DNA of 64,000 nucleotides from Octopus vulgaris (lineage: Eukaryota). The notes under the pieces are model-generated. The model ran no database searches and was not told the origin of the DNA. It was given only the letters and a program-made list of their open reading frames with translations. The position numbers were made by a program, and so were the translations under genes. The stretch lies in contig OX597817.1 of the NCBI GenBank assembly GCA_951406725.2, forward strand, positions 92,876,001 to 92,940,000, written 5' to 3'. Shown piece after piece: positions 1 to 11,810 of the stretch (positions are counted from its first letter, which is position 1; each line of letters opens with the position of its first letter).

Positions 1-3
1 AAC

Positions 4-61
4 AGTCGTAGCTGTTCACACATGAAAGAGCTATTACCACTAGTAACAACTGGTACAGCAT
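4..61 (-). CDS. Exon 1 (signal peptide) of paralog A of the Cys-rich pacifastin/VWC-like gene family; gene continues beyond window start
   Basis: The reverse complement reads ATG...MLYQLLLVVIALSCVNSYD plus one T, then a GT donor at 3-2 (phase 1). Near-identical to the exons at 26916 and 51587. Confidence 0.85.
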
Positions 62-745
62 GACGACCAGTTTCTTTCAGCTTCTTTGTGTTTGGTGACA
101 GTTGTTTTCCGAAACAAGGACAAGTTTGACAAATGTCTCAGAACTCTTTTTTATAATACTTAATATACGTGATCAGTTGAACGAATAACAGAAAAACTAC
201 AAATAACTTAACTGAATTATTTATAACAATTCCATATTTAAAAATAACTTATCTGTCCACCACCCAAGGTAATCTATTTAAAAATGGGTGGATCTTTTCT
301 CTTGTTATGTTTTACAAATTCATTCAATAATAAATAATGATAAACTCACGTGTTACTTAATGTGTTCACAATCTCTCAATCGGTTATAATTAATTACTGA
401 AGTATACAATACACTTCTTGATACCGGGAAATGCAAATAACTCTCTTCCAGTTTTCATACAACTCCTGAGAACATTTTTTCCGAACACTCTCAGACATTT
501 CTTATACTGCATACATGATTTGTAACAAATATACTGGTTTCAATCTCTATACTATCCCCAGTCAGTTTGTAGATACTCTTTTTTATTTATTGTTTTTTTT
601 TTGTTTTTTTTATAATCCTATTTAGACTTCGTGACTACCCAGAAACAGATTCACAAATTATTCCAATATATTTGCTGCCAGTTTAGAATTCCTTCCTTTC
701 TCAATGATTACATTTTTTTTCTATGAACACACTGAGCATAGGATC
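62..745 (-). promoter_or_regulatory. Promoter/5'UTR of paralog A with TATA box (minus strand, ~147-155)
   Basis: Collinear homology blocks with 26095-26915 and 50755-51586, e.g. GTCAAACTTGTCCTTGTTTC, ATCCACCCATTTT, TTGTGAxCACATTA, GAGATTxAAACC. TATAAA lies at the same offset from ATG. Confidence 0.7.
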
Positions 746-1796
746 ATAACTAACATTTTCTAACATTTCCTCAGTACCTAACATGTATTCAACATACCTA
801 ACATTTCTTCAATATCCATTAGATGTCTATGCTGAAGAACAGTATCTCCGAAATTGTTCATCATTTACTTCTTTGTCTTCCTTTACATTAGTGATGGTCT
901 TTTGTATATCTTATCATTAATATAATATTGATATACTTCTATATATTCGACATAGTTTGTTTCTGATATCTCTACATAATCACTATTTACTATTTACAAT
1001 AGCTATGTATTGTGAATATCTGAAGATGCAGTTAGGGTGTTAAACGTAACAGTATTGGCCTGTTGTAAACCTTGAACAAGATGAAGGTCATTTTGTATAT
1101 TCTCTTGTGTCTTCGTCTCTCTTTTCATTTGCCATGCCTACAAAAGTTGGCGATCGTGCACATCCATGCATTCATGTCCCACACACAATTTAGCATGTCA
1201 TTCAGCCACACATTTTAATGCCATTTGGTAAGGATATCAGTTATCTACTCTCTGTTTTTCCTAGACTCTTCCATCGTTTAGTTCTTCGACAGTAATCTAA
1301 TGCCTAAGTAATTTTAGTTTCCATTATCCCTACTGAAGTCAGCCATTTTCCCCTTATGTTATTAAGACATCGTATATGCATACGTTTGTGTGTGTGTGTG
1401 TACATATAGAGCATCGTCGGACTAAATTTGACGACTTTTCAATGTGTCTTTATCTTCAGGAACAACTGAAAATATTGGCGATCAGTGATTGGCAATGGAA
1501 AGCCTAATGATTAAAGTTTTCGTTGAGAAAAAGTTAGCTGACATGGAGGACAGTACATACCAGGAATATATGTGTGTGAGTGTATGTGTGTTCCTGAAAT
1601 TTTTTTCTACATTTTCTACGGATTGCTTCAAGCTCACTTTCTTCATCACATCAATCATTGGATCTTACATTTATAGATTTAGTTAAGCTTTACACAAAAA
1701 AAATCAACGGAGAACCAGATTGTGTGGGTGAAAGATTTATTTAATACAGTTCTATATTTAAGAGATGAGGAATTATGTACAATATTTAAATCATTT

Positions 1797-1985
1797 ACAT
1801 ATGACGGATATTTGTCCTCATCTTGTTTGTTGTTAACACAACTTTTCGGCTGATATACATTGCAGCCTTCATCAGGTGTATTGGGGAAATTTCGAACCTG
1901 GGATAGTGATTAACAGCGCGGGCTACAAAGCCCAAGTTTCTGAGTTCGATTCCAAGCAGTGACCTGAATAATAATAATAATAATA

Positions 1986-2058
<73 letters not shown>

Positions 2059-2124
2059 TAACATCGAAAAATACTTTAAGAATGAAAACCCAGGTTTCTG
2101 AGTTCGATTCCAAGCAGTGACCTA

Positions 2125-2188
<64 letters not shown>

Positions 2189-2330
2189 TAACATCGAAAA
2201 ATACTTTAAGAATGAAAACCCAGGTTCGAAATTCCCCCAAGACACCTGATGAAGGCTGGAGGGTATATCAACCGATACGCTGTGTTAACAACAAACAAGA
2301 TGAGGACAAATATCTGTCAACTGTAAATAA
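1797..2330 (+). mobile_element. Composite non-autonomous retroelement: tRNA-like head + (TAA)n + hammerhead-bearing tail, with an inverted tail copy at its 5' end
   Basis: B-box-like GAGTTCGATTCC at 1942-1953 (repeated at 2100-2111), GGGCT-ACAA-AGCCC hairpin, two (TAA)n tracts. About 1806-1902 is the reverse complement of about 2218-2318. Confidence 0.7.
1835..1880 (-). ncRNA. Minimal hammerhead ribozyme motif (partly degenerate)
   Basis: Minus strand: TACAC-CTGATGA-A-GGCTG..CAGCC-GAAAA-GTT-GTGTT. The plus-strand copy at 2241-2286 has GAAA mutated to GATA. Confidence 0.6.
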
Positions 2331-2513
2331 TTTAAATAAGATTTATTTAGTTAGATTTATTAAAACACATGAGAGTGAGAGCCGTCGGTAAACTCGTGCT
2401 TCAGAGAAGACCCGCCTAACCGGAAGTCAACTTCACTGCAGACCAGCTCACAAGCTAGCCACAGCGAAGTTCCTTTCTACCGTTCGTCTGTCATAAGTCC
2501 TTGGGCAATGCCC

Positions 2514-2553
<40 letters not shown>

Positions 2554-2726
2554 GGCGTGTGTATATGTGCGTATGTACATACATACATGCATACATGCAT
2601 ACATACATACATACATACATACATACATACATACATACATACATACATACATACATACATACATACATACATACATACTGGCTATAGTTGCTTATGAGTG
2701 GCTATAGCCACTCATAATAAAAAGGG

Positions 2727-3045
2727 ATACTGGTGGAATGTACTAGTGAAACCTCAATACGATGTAAGTACAACAGATCTGATATGATGTTTTGGGACAG
2801 AGAAGAGTAACTGTGCACGGTTGTGGAAATTAGCTGCCCAGCGGATGTTAACATAAAGCTGAAGATCAGTGAAAACGAACTATTGAGAAATCTGCAGTTA
2901 TTCTATCCAGATTACAAGTTCAGGTTTATACCTGTAATTATTGGGGCTCTGGGATATGTAACACTGCCTAAATACCAATCTTGAGAAATTAGGCTTCTGA
3001 AAACCAGAAAGGACAAAGCTAATTCTAAGACTAATTCGAAGACTT
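2727..3045 (+). mobile_element. Fragment of R2/R4(Dong)-type non-LTR retrotransposon, REL endonuclease region
   Basis: Broken translation YWWNVLV..CKYNRSDMMFWD..CTVVEISCP..FRFIPVIIGALG resembles the RPD..E.S.P..K..K REL motif. Confidence 0.65.
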
Positions 3046-3119
3046 TGCCTTTCACCCTTTAGGGGTCGATTAAATAATTACCAGTTACACACAGGGGGTC
3101 GATGTAATCGACTTAAAAG

Positions 3120-3390
3120 CAGCTCAGGACAAATGTCCTTCAGAAGATCATCATGGTTTCCTGATCTCTCGTTTTAAAATTCTAAGAATCCATCTGGTCA
3201 GCCGCTTGCATTTCATTGCTGTCTTAGCAACATGCACAAGGAATGATGCATCATTAATCATGTAACTGTCCATGTCTCGCACTGACTGTGTCTCTCCAGT
3301 GTATTTGATTGAAATTGTATTTAGTTTTGCATGCTTGAACTTTCCAGCATTAACCTGCATGCAATTTTTGTTAGCCCACATGTATATTTC
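3120..3390 (-). mobile_element. CR1/L2/Jockey-type LINE ORF2 C-terminal fragment
   Basis: Peptide QSVRDMD..INDASFLVHVAKTAMKCKRLTRWILRILK resembles the post-RT 'VRDLG..F..H' region. Confidence 0.5.
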
Positions 3391-3479
3391 AGGACTACCT
3401 CCCTTTGCAGTTTTTAATTCAGAAACTCTTTTTGGCATTGATATGCTTTGTGATTGTCTCTTGTGGAATTTCTACTCAC

Positions 3480-4460
3480 CTTTCATGCAACAATCGAAAC
3501 AATTCATCTTTAGATTTAGGTTTCTGTCGAGTCTTTCGTATAGCTCTATCTAGTATGCTCTAAAGATTTTCAATTGGGTCCATATCAGGAGATTGGCTCG
3601 GCCAAGGAAGCTTTTTGATCCCATTTTCAGTCAGCCATTGTTGATTCCTTTTCCCTGTGTGACATGGAGCCCCATTTTCCATGAATTAAAACTCATTTTT
3701 TGTTATATTATCGTGTGAATACATCGGAAGTAGTTCTTGCTTAAGTATTTCGATGTATTTGTCAGAGTTTATAGTTCCAACACATTCGATCATCTCAGAA
3801 CGACTATTGCTAGTGACAGAGATACCATAACAGAGATACCGCTATGTTTCACAGTTGGTTGGAATCAAATTCTTGATTGGGAAGCCTCCACATCCAAAAA
3901 CGTCCAGTGTCTGAAAATAGTGCAAATCTCGAGAAAATCACTCTATCCCAAAATGAACTGATTTTTCTGACATCTCCTTAGCCCATTTCTATCTTTTCAT
4001 GATATTAATTGGTTGAAGGAGAGGTTTTCTTCTAGCTGCTCGTCCATAATACCCAAGCTTATGCTGATATGTAACACACGTTCTTGGACAAACTTCTAGC
4101 TGTTTTGCAATGTCAGAAGCCTTCGAACGCGATTCGTTTCCCAAACTTCTCTTCAAACAGAGAAGCTTCCTTTCCAAGGGACCAGGTCGCCCGGGACGTG
4201 AATCTGTTGATTCTTTTCCTTGGCTTTTAAGTTGCACTATAATTCTATTAACTGTAGCAAGAGAAATTTGAAATTTTCGGCAATATTTCGCTGGCTATGA
4301 CCAGCCTCAGATTGCGCAACAATACGACGTCTTTGAAAATCTGATAGTTCTGCAAAATTTTTTGTGCGTGGCATGGTTACTCTTCGCGAATGTCTAATAT
4401 AATGGCACCTGGAATGAAAAAGAATAATTATGTTGTAAAGTCCACACCCTGAAAACATAT
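3480..4460 (-). mobile_element. Degraded Tc1-like transposase
   Basis: ORF pieces MPRTKNFAELSDFQRRRIV (paired-like HTH), RPGRP and GYYGRAARRKPLL; WPSQSPDMDPIEN-like motif near 3570-3605. Confidence 0.75.
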
Positions 4461-4519
4461 TAAGACGCTTAGATCAGAAATTCTGAAAGTTAGAGGTATC
4501 TAGTTACTTCTTGCATGTC

Positions 4520-5240
<721 letters not shown>

Positions 5241-5334
5241 AATCAAACATGAGCAAAGAGAAAATACAACGACGCGAGGCTTTCGAACAAGTATACTGTT
5301 ACTGGACGCTCAGGAAAGGAAAGAAAGATGGAGG

Positions 5335-5369
5335 ATTTAACGTTTCGAGCAGAGCTCTTCGTCAGAAAC
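5335..5369 (-). ncRNA. Minimal PLE-type hammerhead ribozyme motif
   Basis: Minus strand: GTTT-CTGACGA-A-GAGC-TCT-GCTC-GAAAC-GTT-AAAT, with palindromic AACGTT in place of stem III. Confidence 0.7.
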
Positions 5370-5462
5370 ATAGAAAAAGGAAAGGTCCAGAGAAGGGAAG
5401 ACGGAGAAAGAAAATCGCTAATAATACACACGCGGTCACATACATATATATATACATACTAA

Positions 5463-5582
5463 TCTATATACATAAAACTGAGAATGTGTGGTTATTTGTG
5501 TCTGTCTGTCTGTGTGAATCCCTAAAACTTGAGAACTACACAACCAATTTCATTCAACTTTTACACATGCCTTGCTTAGGGT
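5463..5582 (+). mobile_element. 5' end of non-autonomous Helitron-like element
   Basis: A|TCTATATACATAAAACTGAGAATG followed by (GTCT)n. The same head occurs at 23972 (+) and 13518 (-). Confidence 0.6.
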
Positions 5583-5652
5583 ATATATATATATATGAGA
5601 AATACTAAATTTCTAAATCTCTCGTAGAGACATGTACGGTGGTGGGGCGATA

Positions 5653-6135
5653 GAATGGTTGTATACTGCCAATCTAACACGAACGTGACAGTAGGGGGGT
5701 ACACCACCGCTGTATAGCCCTAGGAAGCATCGACGCCTCCTGATGGCTTTGACACATTCTTCCCTGTGTCCTTATATACATTTACGAAGGGGAGACAAAC
5801 ACCCACGGCCGCCGGAGCTGCATCTAGGGACACGTGTTTCAGGATCATTGTCCTTCATCGGCCTAGAGTAGCAGACAAATACGAAGTCGAGACAAATATC
5901 GCCAGCTGACCGGTGTCTGCTACTCTAGGCCGATGAAGGACAATGATCCTGAAACACGTGTCCCTAGATGCAGCTCCGGCGGCCGGTGGTGTTTGTCTCC
6001 CTTCGTAAATGTATATAAGGACACAGGGAAAATGTGTCAAAGCCATCAGGAGGCGTCGATGCTTCCTAGGGCTATACAGCGGTGGTGTACCCCCCTACTG
6101 TCACGTTCGTGTTAGATTGACAGTATACAACCATT

Positions 6136-6136
<1 letters not shown>
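5653..6136. repeat. ~225-bp near-perfect inverted repeat (PLE-type inverted terminus) carrying a hammerhead in each arm
   Basis: 5653-5877 is the reverse complement of 5914-6136, with a ~36-nt spacer. Confidence 0.9.
5924..5968 (+). ncRNA. Type I hammerhead motif with CCGAUGA core variant (mirror copy at 5823-5867, minus strand)
   Basis: TCTAGG-CCGATGA-AGGA-CAATGA-TCCT-GAAAC-ACGT-GTC-CCTAGA. All three stems pair; GUC cleavage triplet. Confidence 0.75.
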
Positions 6137-6182
<46 letters not shown>

Positions 6183-6460
6183 GGTAATATGTACAATATG
6201 AATGCCCACCGCTAGCAGCCGGCAGTCTGAGCGCCATTGGAGTGAATATCCAAATTTTATCCTACATTAAACACAAATTTAATCGTGTACACTTCCAGAC
6301 TCTCTCACTCTGTGAGAGCCGCAGTTCAAATCGCACGTGCCTCAGATGGGCTGGAGAATTTCTATTTTGGATATATTTGGGGTACTTAATTGTGCTCATG
6401 ACTTAGTGTTTGCTTCTTCCATGGGTATGAGTAAGTATCTAATTTATTGCTTTGCCACAT

Positions 6461-6520
6461 TTATCACTGATGATGGGAGGGTCCTTATGAACAAACCCTG
6501 AAATCGGTCCGATATGATAA
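6461..6520 (+). ncRNA. Hammerhead ribozyme motif
   Basis: TTATCA-CTGATGA-TGGG-AGGGT..ACCCT-GAAAT-CGGTCCG-ATA-TGATAA. Stem I is 6 bp and stem III is near-palindromic; extra bases precede stem II. Confidence 0.6.
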
Positions 6521-6793
6521 TAATGGAATTTTTTAGAAATTTCTGTCGATCTTTTTAGAGTAGCGTGCGTATTGTGAAAAATATTGTGATTATGGACAAG
6601 GTGTCTAATTTCGGCATATTTGGCATTAGACATTTTTTGTTTGCCCTTATTTACAAGTTGTTTATAAATTTAACCTTTAAAGGTATTTTTTAATAAGCTG
6701 GCCATTGATAAAATTTGTTTTCGAAAAAATTATATCCTACATTAAATATATATACATATACATATACATAAATATATATATATATATATATAT

Positions 6794-6865
<72 letters not shown>

Positions 6866-7219
6866 ATATATTTATTTATTATATTATTATATGACCGAAC
6901 GCACGCGTTATTTCTCTATTTCTCTTCTCCAAGTAAGTTTTTATTTATTTATATATATATATTAGAAGAAATGAGGTACTCAGAAAATCGGGTGGTCTAT
7001 ATTTACAGATATTCATTTGTATATTGCATTTTTTATACATCATATAACTTAGATCATGTATGAGCGCTTTCTTCCATTCTAGTAGGGTTTTCAAATGAAA
7101 CTAAGTTCCTGTGTGAAAAGTTTTGACCATTTTATAGTGGTATTGAGTTTGTAGTGGTGGGGAGGAATATAAGACAGTGAAAGAGGATGATGGATGAGGA
7201 GAAAGTGAGAGAGAGAGCA

Positions 7220-7259
<40 letters not shown>

Positions 7260-7518
7260 CGCGTGCGTGCGTGTGTGTGCTTTTGTATTTGGAATGAGTG
7301 CTAAAGAAAAAGAAGGGAAGGGAGAGGGAAGAAGAAGAAAAGAATTTTATTTGGTCTGCTGGAGAGCATGCTTACTCCAAGGGGGGGGGGGTCTAAGATC
7401 TTGGGGGAAAAGAATTTCAGTTTTGACCATTTCATAGTGTTATTGAGTGTGTGGTGGCGATGAGGTAGACCATAAATTATATTTCTTTTTTATGATTGTG
7501 AGAGAGAGAGAGAGAGAG

Positions 7519-7553
<35 letters not shown>

Positions 7554-7749
7554 AATGAGGAATGGTCAAATGGTTTTTTGGGTTTAGAGATGAAGAATTC
7601 TTTTTATGATTGTTTTGTGGAGGTGTATGTGTATGTGTCTTTCTGTGTGTGTGCGTGTGTGTGTGGGTGTCTGTGAGTTTGGAGAAGGGAGAGAAAGGAG
7701 AAGAGGAAAACAAAAGAGGAAGGAGAAATAATTGTGTTGATATTTACAG

Positions 7750-8120
7750 CACTATATATATATGTATGTGTATGCGCGTATGTGCATGTCTGTATGTGTA
7801 TGTCTGTATGTGTATGTATGTATATGTATGTATGTATGTGTATGTATGTATGTGTATATATCTATGTATGTATGTATAAATGTGCATGTATGTATGTGTA
7901 TGTATGTATGTGTGTGTATGTATGTGTATGTATGTATGTTTGTGTGTGAATGTATGTGTATGTGTTTGTGTGTGTATGTGTTTGTATGTATGTGATTGTA
8001 TGTATGTGTATGTATGCATATGTATGTATGTGTATATTTGTGTGTGTATGTATGTGTGTATGTATGTATGTGTGTGTATGTGTGTATTTGTGTGTATGTA
8101 TGTGTATACATATATATAAG
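7750..8120. repeat. (TATG)/(TG) compound microsatellite
   Basis: Directly visible; similar block at about 10245-10560. Confidence 0.9.
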
Positions 8121-8311
8121 ATATTAGAAAAACCCACCTTTTATCAATTCAAACTGAATAATTAAATTACACCATCTAGAAAGTTACATATCATACAAAA
8201 GTTAAAATTAAAATAATTAAAATATAAAGATTAAGTAAATTACAAAAATTATATAATGTATATAATAGGTAAAATATATACATATACATACATATACACA
8301 CACGCACACAT

Positions 8312-8353
<42 letters not shown>

Positions 8354-8674
8354 TAAATGCTCCACTATATTAAATTGTAAATTGAAAGATTTGTCCTTCA
8401 ATGTATGATGAGTAAAATTTCATAAAGTCCATACTTGAATAAGAGACTCTCTTGTGTTGAAGTTACAAATGACAGAATACAAACTGACAGCTACCGAGTC
8501 TGTTGTTTGATCTTCAATTGATTTAGTCTAATATCTCACTGATTAAATAAATATTAAGTTTTATCATACAGGAGCAACTGGTTCCACAAATTAAAGTGAA
8601 ATGGTTTCATTAAAATATTAGAATATCCTTTGTTCAATGTTGTACTTTCCAAAAATCAAAACATATGTGTAGAA

Positions 8675-8741
<67 letters not shown>

Positions 8742-8893
8742 TATGTGTGTATGTGTGTGAGTGTGTGTGTAAGTTTAATGAGACTTTCTTGTGTTGTATT
8801 TAGAAAATGACAGAATACAAATTGACAACTACTGAGTCTGTTGTCTGATCTTCAATTCATTTCGTCTAATATCTCAGTTAAATAAATATTGAG

Positions 8894-9232
8894 TTGGGTG
8901 AATGCCCAAGGCTACGACAGCACAGTCAGCGCTTCGGCGATAAGAGCTCACGCTGAGCGCCATTGGGGAAAATTCCCAAGGCTACGACAGCACAGTCAGT
9001 GCTACGGCGATCACGGCTCGCTCTGAGCGCCATTGGGGTGAATGCCCAAGGCTACGACAGCACAGTGAGCGCTATGGCGATCAGAGCTCGGTCGGAGAGC
9101 CATTGGGGTGAATGCCTACGGCCACGACAGCGCAGTGACCGTTAGGCGGGCAGAGCTCCCTCTGAGAAACATTGGGTAGAATGACCAAGGTCACGACAGC
9201 ACAGTGAGCGCTACGGCGATCAGAGCTCGCTC
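8894..9232. repeat. GC-rich ~70-bp minisatellite, about 5 copies
   Basis: G(C/T)(T/C)ACGACAG recurs at 8911, 8981, 9051, 9121 and 9190. Confidence 0.9.
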
Positions 9233-10705
9233 GTATGTGTGGGGATGTCTATATGTATGTGCATCTATGTATGTGTATGTCTATATGTATGTGCATGTAT
9301 GTATGTGTATGTATGTATGTGTATGTATGTATTTATGCTTGTATGTATCTGTATGTATGTGTATATATGCGTTTATATATATGTATGTGTATGCATGTGT
9401 ATATATGCATGTGTATGCATGTATGTGTATGTATGTATGTGTATGTATGTGTATGTATGTGTATGTATGTATGTGTATGCATGTATGTATATGTATGTAT
9501 GTGTATGTATGTTTGTGTATGTATGTGTGTGTATGTATGCGTGTGTATGTATGTGTGTATGTATGTGTGTGTATGTATGTATCTGTATGTGTGTGTGTAT
9601 GTATGTATGTGTATGCATGTATGTGTATGTATGTATGTGTATGTATGTATGTATGTGTATATATGTATATGTATGTGTGTGTATGTATATGTGTGTACGT
9701 ATGTGTATATGCATGTGTATACGTATGCATGTATGTGTGTGTATGTAAGTTCATGTCTGTATATGCATGTCTGTATGTGCATGTTTGTATGTGCATGTCT
9801 GTATGTGCATGTCTGTGTGTGCATGTCTGTATGTGTATGTTTGTATGTGCATGTCTGCATGTGTATGTATGTGTATGTATGTATGTGTATGTATGTGTGT
9901 ATGTATATATGTATGTATGTGTGTCCATGTATGTGTGTGTATGTAAGTTCATGTCTGTATATGCATGTCTGTATGTGCATGTCTGTATGTGCATGTCAGT
10001 ATGTATATGTTTGTATGTGCATGTCTGCATGTGTATGTATGTGTATGTATGTATGTATGTGTATGTATGTATGTGTATGTATTTACGTGTATGTATGTTT
10101 GTGTATATATGTTTAAGTATGTATGTGTGTGAATGTATGTGTATGTATATATGTGTATGTTTGTGCATGTATGTGTGGGTATGTATATATATGCGCATGT
10201 ATGTGTGTGCATGTATGTGTGTGTATTTAAGTGCATGTCTGTATGTCTGTATGTGTATGCCCGTATGTGCATGTCTGTATGTGTATTTCTGTATGTGTAT
10301 GTATGTATATGTATGTATGTGTATGTATGTATGTGTATATATCTATGTATGTATGTATAAATGTGCATGTATGTATGTGTATGTATGTATGTGTGTGTAT
10401 GTATGTGTATGTATGTATGTTTGTGTGTGAATGTATGTGTATGTATGTGTTTTTGTGTGTATGTGTTTGTATGTATGTGATTGTATGTATGTGTATATTT
10501 GTGTGTGTATGTATGTGTGTGTATGTGTGTATTTGTGTGTATGTATGTGTATGTATGTGTGTGTATGTATGTGTGTGTGTATATGTGTGTGTATGTATGT
10601 AAGTGTATGTATGCCTGAATATGTATGTTTGTGTATGTATGTAAGTGTATGTATATATGCATGAATATGTATGTTTGTGTATGTATAAATGTGTATGTAT
10701 GTATT
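9233..10705. repeat. Long (TATG/TGTA/TGCA) compound microsatellite
   Basis: Directly visible; source of many spurious ORFs. Confidence 0.95.
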
Positions 10706-10919
10706 TATAATCTCACGTACACATATGCAGCAGCATTTTAGTCAACGAAAGCATGAAATACGAAAACATCGAACACGAACTTGTTCTGCGAACAACGAAA
10801 GAAACAAGACAGGCTACAGCTTTCCAGTTATCGGCTGTTTTATCCACTCCGCATTTCGACAAAATGCGTCTTCGTCTCAAACGTTTTCTCCCGTTTCGAT
10901 TAAAATAAATTAGAGATTT

Positions 10920-11300
10920 TTGTTTTACTTCTTTCAGTCATACTGGAGCATCGCCTTTAGCCGAGGACTTATTCTGTGTAAGCCTAGTACTTATTCTATC
11001 CGTCTCCTTTACCGAACCGCTAAGTTACGGCGTGTTAAACACGCCGGCATCGGTTGTCATGCGATACTGAGCGGACAAACACTGACACACAAACACTCAC
11101 ACACACGCGCGCGTGCGCGCACACACACACACATATATATATATACATACATACGACCGGCTTCTTTCAGTATCCGTCTACCAAATCCACTCACAAGTCT
11201 TTGGTCTGCCCGAGGCTATAGTAGAAAACACTTGCCCAAGGTGCCACACAGTGGGACTGAACCCGGAACCATGTGGTTCGTAATGAAGCTACTAAATATT
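10920..11300 (-). mobile_element. tRNA-derived SINE (octopus OK/OR-like; family uncertain)
   Basis: Same family as 31145-31590 (-) and 24520-24860/25770-26000 (+). Minus-strand head GGTTCCGGGTTCAGTCCCAC is B-box-like; internal microsatellite. Confidence 0.75.
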
Positions 11301-11465
11301 TATGTATATAAATATAAATATAAAGTATTAATAGAAAGGGGTATATAAAAACCAGAATAGAAAATACATGTCTTAGGCATAAAATATGAGAAAAGATGAG
11401 ATATTAAGGTGTTATATTCTTGAAACCTTCTAGAATGGAACTTGTATGTATGAATGTATATGTAC

Positions 11466-11518
<53 letters not shown>

Positions 11519-11810
11519 TATATATAGTGTGTGTGTGTGTGTGTCTGTGTGTGTGTGTGTAATACTAGAATTTTAATAGAGATAAAGCTTTAGTATATAT
11601 TACAACTATTGTTTCGACAGTATACTAGCTAAAGATTAATATATTTGATATCCGAGAAAATTTTCAGATATTTGTCTTAAAGTATTCAGAAAAGCAAATT
11701 CAGAATTTAGATGTAAGACATGAGGTATTATTCCATTCGAATATCTACATATTTATATTAAGAGTCTGATGATAAGCATATAGAAATATAAACCTGAAAT
11801 ATATAAAATA

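Noticed and set aside
1903-1965. Functional tRNA gene
   Set aside because: 5' end truncated, no acceptor stem, abnormal anticodon loop, followed by (TAA)n; treated as a SINE-like head.
8894-9232. CRISPR array or tRNA cluster
   Set aside because: Eukaryotic context, no unique spacers, no cas genes, and no T-loop/B-box or acceptor stem.
9204-10664. 408-aa and overlapping Met/Tyr/Cys/Val-rich ORFs (superficially reflectin-like in composition)
   Set aside because: Pure (TATG/TG) microsatellite; lacks the reflectin motif and is open on both strands.
11760-11810. CTGATGA...GAAA hammerhead candidates here and at ~1017-1065, ~34200-34232 and ~57420-57515
   Set aside because: Core mutations or no convincing stems; may be decayed copies but cannot be supported.
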